A stretch of DNA of 63,833 nucleotides, the filler included, from Bipalium vagum (Eukaryota), in NCBI GenBank assembly GCA_037834085.1. It is 3 parts of 3 records of this genome, joined end to end, with 100 filler letters (N's around TTAATTAATTAA, not from the genome) between each part and the next. Parts side by side here need not be neighbours in the genome. Positions count along the whole stretch, not along the records: positions 29,717 to 48,168 come from JBBMKC010028916.1; 2 more parts are not named here. One strand, given 5' to 3'. Both the position numbers and the translations under genes were made by a program. Positions 30,863-41,800 of this stretch are shown here, piece after piece. Below the pieces are notes generated by a model, which saw nothing but the letters and a program-made list of their open reading frames with translations, did no database searches and was not told the DNA's origin. How positions within the stretch are numbered: position 1 is the first letter of the stretch; every line of letters starts with the position of its first letter.

Positions 30863-32319
30863 CATTTGATTGATATAAATATTATTTTTTTGTAAATTTT
30901 TTGATAAAATAAAAATATTTTGTGACTCAATTTTATTAAAAAATAAATCCTCATTTTGTTTTTTACTTATTTTCAATTTTTCAATTTTTTTATTTATTTC
31001 CAAAAAAAGATTTCAGAAAATAATTTTAGTATATTTTATTTTTTTTAAATATTATTTTTTCTCATTCTCAAAGATAATAAAATTTGATAACTTTTTGTAT
31101 TGATACATCTCTATAAAAGTTTTTTTTTGAAATGGTAAATAATGTTAAATTATTAAAACAAAAAAAGAAATTATTAATTGTGTCAACTAAATTTCAAAAT
31201 TTGGTGAATTGAAAATTTTAGTGTACTTTGTAAATTTTTTAAAATATTTTTACAATATTTTAACAAACAGTGTCTACTCGGAACAATGTTTTTCAATATA
31301 AATTTTTATTATATTAATTAAATGAATTTTATATTGGAAATAATTCGTTTTCTGGAGGAGTGAAAACAATAATATAAATCACAATTCAGGAAATAATGAT
31401 CGTAAATTATTTTGTAAAAACCAAATAAATCAAACAAATTATTTATTGAATTTCTGAAGATTTATTTTAGGAAAATAATTGAGCAAGAATAAATAGTAAT
31501 GTTTACAAAACAATAGGAAAAATATTTTTTTGGGTTTTTGTCACGGAGATATATCCAACAATGTTTGAATAAAAACTTAAAAATTTCAACCAATGATAAA
31601 CTGATAAAATAAAATATTTTATTAATTATAAATCTGAAGAAAAAATATTGTAATAATATTGCCTTCCATTAATCTTTGAAATGAAATGAAGAAGAAAAAA
31701 ATAAAAAATAAAAATAGTGTAATGTTTAATAATAATTATTCAAAATGTATTTTATCACCATATTTCTAGAGCAAAAAAAGGTATATGTAAATAGATATTT
31801 TATCATCACTATCAATTTTACAGATTGCTTATTATGAGTGCTAACATACTTCCATTTTAAATATTTTAATAAACAAATTGGTAATACTTTTTATGAATAA
31901 CATTTATTTAAACTATGGTTTATAAATAGGAAATGTCTTAATCGAGATAGTAAACTTAGTTATGCTTCTGATTTTAGAAGGCATGTCTCTATAGACAAAG
32001 TGATTTAGATCTTTCCTAAAAAAGAAAAATAGGAAAAGAAAGATTTACATTACATTGAAACTCGTCTTCAAATCCAAGCATTAGGGAACTTTCAGTCAAG
32101 GTAGTTTCTAACCATTTTCAAGGATAATAGTCTACGATTCTTATTACTTTAAAGTTTAAACCAAAGAAAGTTGTATGGTATGATTCATCAATGACCATAC
32201 CACCTGAAGTCAAACTATGATACACTGTTAACCAAGCTTGGAGGGACAAATAGGATTTGTTAACAGGGTTAGAGTAGACACAATAGTTTAAACTAGTGCT
32301 TAAATATTCCATTTAGCCT

Positions 32320-32615
32320 GACAATTTAACACGATGGACAATTCAGTTTGTGTTTGACATGGGTCTTCTTGTATTAATTGTGACAATTCTTCACCTTCAA
32401 ACACTTTTTCTGGTCTACTATGCTCTTTGTCCATGATATCGTAATGCTCATTACCAAATCGGCAAAACCATTCTTTGTATATCGTCGCGGAAGGAGCATA
32501 TATTTTTTAAACTTATACCAACAAGTGATGTGTGTTCTGCACAGGTTTTCTTTGGAAAAAAGTAATGTAACATTATTACCCGAAAATGACGTTTATTTGG
32601 AACAAAATTGGCCAT
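32320..32615 (-). mobile_element. Mos1 (mauritiana)-like mariner transposase N-terminal fragment
   Basis: Reads MANFVPNKRHFRVIMLHYFFPKKTCAE/THHLLV...KEWFCRFGNEHYDIMDKEH..RPEKVFEGEELSQLIQEDPCQTQTELS. This parallels Mos1 MSSFVPNK...KKTAAESHRMLV...RWFQRF...DKEHG.PPK..ED.ELQALL.ED..QTQ. Frameshifted. Confidence 0.82.
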
Positions 32616-33241
32616 TTTGAATTTCTGTATTATTTAAACAATATCTATTTAAATAAAGTTGTGTTTTTATTGAATTATTAATGTATGATCTTACAAATAA
32701 TATATGATACCAATTTAATTTATTCACTGAACCACAAATTTTAACTAATTTTTGTAATAGTCGGAATCATACTAATAAACCTAATATATAAAAAAAATTA
32801 CAAATGATATGCGCAACATAAAAATTTTGATATAAAATATGAAAAAAAAATTTTTTTAATTAAAATATTTCTTTAAAATTATTAATAAAAATATAGTTAA
32901 TACATTAAAACAAAAATATTGGTCAAATGACTTTTACGTTATTTCATTCTCTCCTCATTGGATGATAAATCAAAAAAACATTTTATTAATCTTGAAGGGA
33001 TTACGACACTTAAATTTTCTCAGTTATTGTTCTTGTTCAAAATTTCCTGGTGGCCTTTGCAACATTTTTAAACATGTAAGCGGATTATTTGAGAACTGAT
33101 TAAAACAAGGTTTATATTTAAATTTATATCTTGATAAGATAAGATCCCGGACCAGGAATATAGCCCAATTATTAATCATTTGTAATTTTAAATTGGTAAT
33201 TTAAGTTATTTCTACAATTTTATCATAACCTATGTATTCAG

Positions 33242-34465
33242 ATGGGAAAAATGTTTTCTGACATAGATTACTTTTGCTGCTTATTAAAAATTCCTAAAAC
33301 CGTTCATAATGAAACCAAGAAATCTTCGGAAACATATTCCAAAAATATCAATGCCTCTGTTGTAACTTTGGAGCAGATCTGTAATTCTACAGCTGAATTA
33401 AACTGCCATGACATCATTAAACATGTTCTCCAACCTCATATACAAAGCTTGGGAATAGTGCTGATTGTTGCACTTTTTGTCCTGTTTATCATTGGAAGCA
33501 CGGGAAATATTTGCGTTATTTTATGTGTAACATTGTTCAGAAAGATGAGGACCGTTTCTCACGTCTTTTTGTTAAACCTTGCTTGTAGTGATCTACTAGT
33601 TTTCTTAATCTGTGAGCCCTTTACTATTGTATCTTTAATTAATCCAGATTGGATATTTGGTTCCACCCTTTGTCGTCTTAATGGTGCTCTTCAAGGAACA
33701 TTCGTAAGCGTAAGCATCTTAACATTGACCAGTGTCTGTATTGAAAGGTATATTGTTATCGTTGTTGAGCGTTTTAATTATGCTCGCTTCAATTTTCGGT
33801 ATCTTTTTGCCTGGGTAGCAGGAATTTGGATAATCTCTTTTCTTATTACAACTCCTCTTTTGCAGGCCTATGAAGTTAAAGAGATGAACTTAAAATTCTT
33901 AAAGCCTACAAACCATTGTCTGGAGACTTGGTCTGGACTCAAAAATAGGAAACAAGTGTTTACCACTTTGATATTTATTTTATTGTATTTGCTACCACTG
34001 GTATTTATGATGATTCTGTACTCAAAAGTGGCCATCCATTTGAAACGAAGCACAAGTATAATGTTGAATATAAAAAATAAAGATCGAAAGGGTATCGTGA
34101 CAAAAAGTACCCCTCCAACTAGATTTGCATCGAAATTAATTTTAGTCAAAGATATAAATCATTCTCGACAAAGAATCTCAAAACTACTAATGATCTTAAC
34201 TTTGCTCTTTGCCATATTCTGGATGCCATATCACATTCTCAATCTTTTCATCGATTATCTTTACGGAAATGTACAACAGGGTAATCAATACTTCGAACGG
34301 ATCTTACCAACTGAATGGATAAATAGCTACCTTTATCCCATTGCTCAGATTTTAGCCTATATTAATAATGCTATCAACCCTTTGTGTACTTTGATCATTT
34401 CGAAGAAGTTTCGAACAGCTCTAAACCAAATGAGAAAATGTCATTATTCTGTGTCTACGAAATAA
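33242..34465 (+). CDS. Class A (rhodopsin-like) neuropeptide GPCR, NPFF/SIFamide/orexin-receptor-like, 407 aa
   Basis: Uninterrupted ORF with 7 hydrophobic segments. TM1 has GN, followed by KMRTV..FLLNLACSDLL and WIFG..LC. TM3 ends ERY, ECL2 has CLETW, TM5 YLLPL, TM6 FWMPY, TM7 NAINP, and helix 8 SKKFR. N-terminal N-glycosylation sequons NET, NAS and NST are present. The ATG is immediately preceded by TTCAG, so an upstream exon is possible. AATAAA at 34492. Confidence 0.92.
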   Translation: MGKMFSDIDYFCCLLKIPKTVHNETKKSSETYSKNINASVVTLEQICNSTAELNCHDIIKHVLQPHIQSLGIVLIVALFVLFIIGSTGNICVILCVTLFRKMRTVSHVFLLNLACSDLLVFLICEPFTIVSLINPDWIFGSTLCRLNGALQGTFVSVSILTLTSVCIERYIVIVVERFNYARFNFRYLFAWVAGIWIISFLITTPLLQAYEVKEMNLKFLKPTNHCLETWSGLKNRKQVFTTLIFILLYLLPLVFMMILYSKVAIHLKRSTSIMLNIKNKDRKGIVTKSTPPTRFASKLILVKDINHSRQRISKLLMILTLLFAIFWMPYHILNLFIDYLYGNVQQGNQYFERILPTEWINSYLYPIAQILAYINNAINPLCTLIISKKFRTALNQMRKCHYSVSTK

Positions 34466-35121
34466 ATTAAGTAGCAACAATTTCATATTTCAATAAAGTT
34501 TTCGAATTCGTTTATTAAGAAAGAATAATTTTCGTTAAAATGAAAAAAATTATTTTTCATATTTCATTAATTTTTGTTTTTTTTGAAAGTTAAATTGTTG
34601 GGAAAATTATTTAATCTTTTCCTCTTTTGAAATTTTATTTTTCTCCAAATAATATTTCATTAAAATTTAATCATACAAAAGAATTAATGAGTTAATAAAT
34701 CTTTAAATTAAAAAATTATAAAAGTAGACTGTTCCAAATGGAGTCTTGGACGTTTCTGCTGTACTTTGATATGTATTGTGGAAAATTTATATAAAACTAT
34801 TGGTTGTAAATAATTAATAATAATTTAATAAAATCAATGAATATTAATCAATATTTAAAAATTTTAAAAAGTAGTGTTTTTGGTAAGTTTATTATTTTAA
34901 ATATTAAAAATATTTTATTATTATGAAAAAAAATTAAAAATAAAGCAGAACATCTTTCTTGAAAATCGCAGTGCTTTAATAAAACCCAGTATCACGAATA
35001 AGGAAACCTTTACAAATGGAATTAGAGAAATTTACAGATATAAATAATTTGAATAAAGGAAATAAAAAAAAATATATTTAAAAATATTTTGGTAATAATT
35101 CACGAATAAAAACCAAAAATA

Positions 35122-35451
35122 TCAAATATACAAAAATGCTTGTGGATTCTTCTTTTGAATGTTTTTGTTCCACATCCATTCATACAGGCATAATTTTAGA
35201 ACCGTACCAAATACACTTTTCATCGTGACAACCTTGTTTCTGATTTGTCTCCTTATTGACGTTACTCCTTGCGTATGAGCAGCGGTCTCCCTGTTCACAA
35301 AATTTATTTTATGATTTACCGTTAGATGTGAAAATTTGTTGTCCTTCGCCAATAGAGAGTATGCTCGCCATTCATTACTCATTATAGTTGAACCATGGTG
35401 AAAAAGGGCTCTTATAATTGGTAATAATGTTGAGGATTTTTCATCTTCCAC
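35122..35451 (-). mobile_element. Merlin (IS1595/ISXO2-like) transposase C-terminal fragment
   Basis: Reads TLLPIIR....GSTIMSNEWRAYS.L....FSHLTVNHKINFVNRETAAHTQGVTS...LYEWMW. This matches the Merlin motifs TLLPII, GT.I.SD.WRAY, H.TVNHS.NFVDP.TGAHTQ.IES and L.EFMWR. The catalytic D reads N and the catalytic E reads T. Confidence 0.88.
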
Positions 35452-35727
35452 TAATTTAAAAAAAATGTAAAAATCGTATATATAAAATCATATTTATATA
35501 TATAAACTTTACGACTTTCGGGTTTGTATCTTACAGTGGATTACAAGTAATCAATGGTAGTCCCTATCAATGATATAAGTTGTTGGTCATAGCAATACGA
35601 TAAATGATAAAATGATTTCATGTATAATTTGTAATTAAATTTTTATGATTTTTTAAAATTTTATTATTGTGTATGTATATTTTATTTAAATTACTCAGAT
35701 ACATTGAAATATATGACTATATGTATA

Positions 35728-36387
35728 CCAGGGTGAGTCAAAAGTCTTTTATGGTTTTATGAGAGAATTTTATTTACAAGAGATTTATAACAAAAATTAT
35801 GTTATTCTCGGAAAACATTCCATCATTTTCAAAAACATAGAGCCATTTTTCTGCCAATTGAGAGATCCCTTGTCAATATCAGTCATGTCTTTGAATATCT
35901 GTCAATTCTGGAGGAACTCAAAGTGGATTTCTATATACAAAGCCCATTTTATATGGATGGCACAAAATAGTGCTTTGGGAATGGTCAAGATCTTCTGACA
36001 GCTTGTCAGTGCTGGTACTAAGCTGCTGCTCTACCAGATTATGAAATTTCTCCTTCTTCACCACTAATGACCGGCCTGGACCTTCCTAATCTTCAAGACA
36101 TGTGCTTCCCAATTTGAAGCAACGAAACAACCATTGGGCTTTGTTTTACTTAACAAAATTCTTGCCTTCAACATCGCAGCTACTTTTGTTAGGCCTTTTT
36201 TACAGTAATGTCTAAATAATACTCGAACTACTGTTTTTTTTATCAATCAAATAATTTAATAGAGTTTAGAAATATTTTATTTGAAATGGTACATAGATTG
36301 AGCTTTTCAAAAGCTTTACAATGATACCAAATTTCAATGACGTGGTTAAACAAATACTTAAGAAAACTAAAAAATTACTCGCCCTGA
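35728..36387 (-). mobile_element. Internally deleted mariner (660 bp) with both TIRs and TA flanks
   Basis: Ends are TA-CCAGGGTGAGT and reverse complement TA-TCAGGGCGAGT. The N-terminal relic is KTVVRVLFRHYCKKGL...AQWLFRCFKLGSTCLED*EGPGR. A decayed C-terminal relic lies near 35810-35900. Confidence 0.75.
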
Positions 36388-37029
36388 TATATATGTGATC
36401 CTTGTAAATTGTTCTATAACTAAATGGAATAGGTAATGATATTTTATATACAAGAAGAAAATATTAAATATTATTATCAGCTTCCTTTATTATCAAAACT
36501 ATATATAGAGAGAAATAATTAAAAAATATTATTTAATTATATATAAATATATATAATGGAAATGAGATAAAATAAAAATTATTTTGCTAATCAATCAGAA
36601 CGAGAATAAAAGGCGATAAATCTGTATGAATACAAGGGAAAGTGATGATGAATTAGCATATTTGAATCTACCGAGAAGGCTGATCATAAAATAAATTTGT
36701 TTTAGAAATTAATTAATTTCCGTTATAAATATTTCGTTAATAAATAACAAAACCTGATATTTTCAAATTCAATTAGATCCTGAAATCAGCCTTTTTATAT
36801 TTGTGGTCGTTGAGAGTTTCCTTAAAAGAATATGTTCAGGAAGTACGAGAATTTATTTCATGATACATTTTTTGTTGGTAGTTTTATTTCTGTTTTCATT
36901 TTATATTATATTATATTTTCATCCATAAGTATTTGCATGAATTATTTTTTGGATATCTTTTTATAAAAATAAAATCGAAAACTTTTTTCTGTAAAAATTT
37001 ATTTAGATACAAAATTTACATATGTAAAA

Positions 37030-37170
37030 TAATATTTTCTAAATGACCTCCTCTGGATGCCTTACACTCACGTATTCTTCTCATTGTATTTTCCATAACT
37101 TTATCACATAATTCAGGGGAAATATCTTGGACAGCCTCCTGTATATTTTTTTGAGGTCCTTAAGAAGTAA
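37030..37170 (-). mobile_element. rosa/DD41D-type transposase extreme C-terminus fragment
   Basis: Reads DLKKNIQEAVQDISPELCDKVMENTMRRIRECKASRGGHLENII. Confidence 0.7.
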
Positions 37171-37595
37171 CCTTAAAATTTCACCTTTTCAGAACATTTC
37201 TTTCTGATATTTCAGATCGGTTTCATATTTGAAAATCTATAAGTATTGCGTTTAAACATCTTTCATCTCATTCTCAACATCTTCCATGTATTTTCATATA
37301 AAATAGATCGATAATCCTCTACCTCTTAATTAATTAATTAGAATTTTTCCAAAATAAATGTGTAAAATAATCAAAATTTTTATTACTTGAAAATGAAAAG
37401 AAAAAAATCCTAAAGATTATAAAAAATGAACAATTGATTATGAATCAAAAAATAAATACCATTATTGTTATTGGAATTAAGAATAATAGATTGGTATTTA
37501 AATCATGGTATAAGACAAATTTAAATTAAGAAAAAATTAAATATAATTAAACTTAATATTATTACATAAAAGGAAGAATTTAGAAAATCATTTTA

Positions 37596-37787
37596 CAGTC
37601 GGCGCTCAGTTATTTGAACTCGTGAGGATTTCAAAAAAGTTCAAAAAACTCAATTATTGAAATAACTCAATTACAAATAAAATTTATTTTAAAACAAATC
37701 CATGATCTTCCAGCTTTTTTTTAAAAAGATTATTCAAATAACTGAAAGTTCAAATAACTAAGCGTTCAAATAACTGAGCGCCGACTG
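37596..37787. mobile_element. pogo/Tigger-type MITE (192 bp) with perfect 24-bp TIRs and TA target duplication
   Basis: TA-CAGTCGGCGCTCAGTTATTTGAAC ... GTTCAAATAACTGAGCGCCGACTG-TA. The motif TTCAAATAACT is repeated several times subterminally. Confidence 0.92.
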
Positions 37788-38809
37788 TATTTAATTAATG
37801 AAAATCCAATTTTATGGGAAGTTGAGAGAGTGCCGGAAATTGACAAAATATCGAAAATGTTTACAGGAAAAAGTTATACATGTTTTTTGGATTCTAAGAT
37901 TATTGTAAGACGAGGAAAAGAAAACTGTACTTTAATTTATTAATAATCCGAAAAAGTAGTTATTAAATTACTCTAAAATGATATAGTGATTTTTCTAGCG
38001 AGTGTTAGCTTTGGGGGCTATCGACCAGATTGGTCAGATTGTGAGAAAACGTAAGAGTTCCCAAAGTCAGATATATCAGACATCTCATAGAGCTTAATCG
38101 TAAAAGCTATTTAAATATATTGTAAAGAATATCAAGTGCATATCGGTCAAATAATTATTATTTATAGATAACAAGGATCACCTACAAGGATTCGAATGAA
38201 TAACTAAGAGACATGGCCCATTTGAGTTGGTGAGAAGTTCTCTGCCATAGTATTTTATTAATAATAATAACATTATTATTATTATTATTTTGTTTTGTTA
38301 AAGTTTTTAAATGAAATCGGAAAACGCTTAAATATGAATATAAAAAATAATAAAAAAATAATAAATTTAGAGACAATTAAATAATAGAAAATATTTTAAT
38401 TTTCGCTCATTTAGGATAAGTACGATAGTTTCTTGGTCTACTATATTTTGCATCGTTTTTTTGGCATACCTCTGGCTTTAAACTGAGATCTTTGTAACCG
38501 AGAGGTCTTTCTTATACTGACATAATAAATGGAGTCAGCATTAATTTGATACGGAATATAAACAATTGTAAATGAAAATAAAGTGATACAATATCGTTAT
38601 GAAAACAAGTGAAAAACGTCATTATTAAAGCTGAGATTGGAAGCAAATCAGACGAGAGGTCAATGTTAAATATCTGCAAAGTACTTTGATAAAACAAATG
38701 TATATTTACAAAATAATTTTTGTCATTCCATAATATATATAAACTACATAGATTTATTATTCTAAATATTAAATTCATCTCTACAATAATACATAATTGT
38801 GTCTAGAAA

Positions 38810-41800
38810 TTAATTCTGGGGGTTACTGTTTCTCACAGTGGTCTCTTCCTTGTCCTTGACTGATGATCCTGGGGACGGTCTCTTCTCATTGATGACTATA
38901 GTTTGAAATCGTTGTCCAGAGGCCTGGGCTAGAAACCATTGCTCCATATTATTGTTTAACATGTACATCTGTGAAAATGAACAGAGAATAAGACAGTTAC
39001 TTTCGTATATTATCAATTTCATTAAAAAAGTATTCCTTAAAATTCACTTAAAGTTGCGATTATTTTTATTATTAATAATATCAAGTCATGACCAAGTTTT
39101 ATTCAGTCACTCAACCTGCCATGTTTCAAATACCGGTTTTCTTCGAAAATAAGACCCCCCGAAAATAGGAATATAGCCTTATTTATAGAGTCTTATTTTT
39201 ATTGTTTTTAATTTTTAAAAAAGATATTTTTTCAATCCATAAAAAATTTGATTATATTTTGCTTATTAAAGTTTATATTTGGTAAGCCTATGTCTTAAAA
39301 AATCTGTAAGATTTATTTATTTCATAGATTTTATATTTTTCAAGAAGCAATTGTAGTTAAATCCTTTGATTCTCTGGTATATCTCAACGTTGGAAGAGTT
39401 TCTAAAAACCAGGTTAAATGATATCTTATACTCTTCAAATGTGCAAAACTTGAGTTTATTTGATGATGATAATTGTGAGATAAATTGAAAAAATTAGTAG
39501 CTCAGCTGTCAGAACACTCCATGCGCATGTGGAGAGTGAAATTCAAAAAAATTCATTATCAGCCATGTAGTAGACCATGTTCCGGGTATTTACATTCATT
39601 TGATATATTTAACAAAAATGGAGACAAAAATTTCATGAGGATTTCATAAAATTTATTCTTTCTGGATGAATGAATTTAGAAGAATAAATAATAGTGAAAG
39701 AATATCTGGGGCTTGCAACATTTTTTTATTTCAACTTTTACCCATTATTTCAAGATTTTGAGATGACCAAGATACTCATTTAGAATTAATTAATATTGAA
39801 AGAATAATAATTAATGGAACAAATGATATTTTCTCGAAATTTATGCTTCATCTTGAAACAGAAATATTTTAGATTTAATTTATCATTTCCTTCTCTATTT
39901 TTAAATAATTAAATCTCCTCAGTGAAATCAAGAAGATGCTAAGATTGTGATTAAGAGATTAGGTTAAGGTTAAGAGTGATTATTGAAACCTTTCTTCTTT
40001 TGTGATTCTTCTTATATCAGTTAGATTAGATTGTTTGAAATTTTGTATTAATTTTTTATTTAGCTAATTATATTTAATTTTCTTTTAATAAAATGTAGAC
40101 AATTAAAGGATATTAAAAAACATTTATACTCATTTTCAATAAAAATGCACCACGTATTATTTTATTGAATTGCATCGGAATTATTGCATATGTTGTTTAA
40201 TCAATATAATTTAATCAGATTTCAACATTTTTGTATGAACATGTTTTAAATAGGTAGATAAATAATTAATGAATGATAAAAAGTACTTATATTACTTAAT
40301 ATTACATTTAGTAATCTAAGAAAATAATGACATTCCATCTAATTATCGGAATTTGAAAGAGGTCGAGTAGTAAAACTTTATGAGATGGAATAGGTTTCAG
40401 AGAAAAAGATAGACGTTTGAGAAGAAAACATTGCATTATTATTATTGGACATGGAATACATAGTGTGGGAAAGATTAGAAATATCGTCAAATTGGCAGTG
40501 GACAGCATCAATTCACCAAAGTGATGGATTCCTGAGTGTGCGATGACACCTTGGAGAATGAAAAAATGTTGGCTTCATGTTAACCAATCACAGGGGATTT
40601 ACATATCTGGAATTATGGTATCTAAGACCCCTATTACTTCAATTAATAAAAACACTTCCAGGCAGTATTTTTCAACAAGACATTATCAGACAACATTAGT
40701 CAGTATAATAGAAAAGTTTTTTCTCAGAATCAGAGGTGGAAACAATAATTATTGTTATAATCTGTCTAGCATATTCACAAGATTTATATCTTATTGAACA
40801 TATGTGAGATATTATGAGGTGAATTAAGAAATCAGCTTCAACAAATATAGAACGACAAATCTCAAGGGAAAATTAATCTATTCAGTGTTCTTCAAAAGGA
40901 GATTTTAAAGTTATAGTAAAATATTCATAAGAAAATATTCTCCCGCTTTGGGCTAGTTTAAAAACAGAATATCAACTTTATCAGAACTAGATATATTTTC
41001 TCTTTTTCCTTATGGTTCTGCTTATTTATGTAAAAAATCATTTTCCTCAATAACTTATATTAACACAAAATATCAACCGAATTTTAAAGATCTGGAATTA
41101 ATACTGAGAGTAGCCATCACGAAAAATAGATCCAAGCTTTTATTTATTTTGTCAGAATATGCAAAGTTGTTGTTATTATTAAAGATACAGTGCATGCAAA
41201 TTTGTGTATCGATGGCGAAAGCGATTACATTGATTAATAAAAAAATATTTTTTTCAAACAAAATATTGGTTGCCTTTTTTAAAGTTCTGTTATTTTTGGA
41301 ATGGAGGGTATATTTTAATTTTTTGGAGTTAAAAAATGTTTTTTATTAAAAATATTTACTTTATTATTTCTGTTTTAGTCCCTAGCGAAAAAATATGGAC
41401 TCGCAAAGTGGGTCACAACAGAAAAATTGTGAAAATCACTTTTCTAATTAATATAATGCTAGAAAGAATCCAAAATTGGGTTGTAAAACTCGGTGAAATG
41501 ACTCGCCATTGACAGATATATGTTTCCATATAAATTTATTTATTTCGTCCAATGACATCAAAAAATTTAATAATTTTATTTGTTCAGTTTTGTAGAGAAT
41601 GAGCATAAATGAACAATAGACATGAAAAGAGTTCTTCACAAATACTTTTTACGCAATCTTTAAAATATATGATTTTCAAAGAAAAGCAGTTGCCAATTAA
41701 CGAAATAATCATTTCAGTTTAAACCTGATATAAGCGATGCAAAATAATAATCTGGTAAAAAATGAGCAAATAACGATATTTTATTTTCCTCTTGACTTGA

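Noticed and set aside
37596-37787. Short iterated repeats considered as a CRISPR-like array
   Set aside because: There are no unique constant-length spacers and the context is eukaryotic. The repeats are explained as MITE subterminal repeats.
41448-41639. HSLQN...SLDEINKFI similarity to a mariner C-terminus
   Set aside because: The similarity is too weak and frameshifted to list as a feature.
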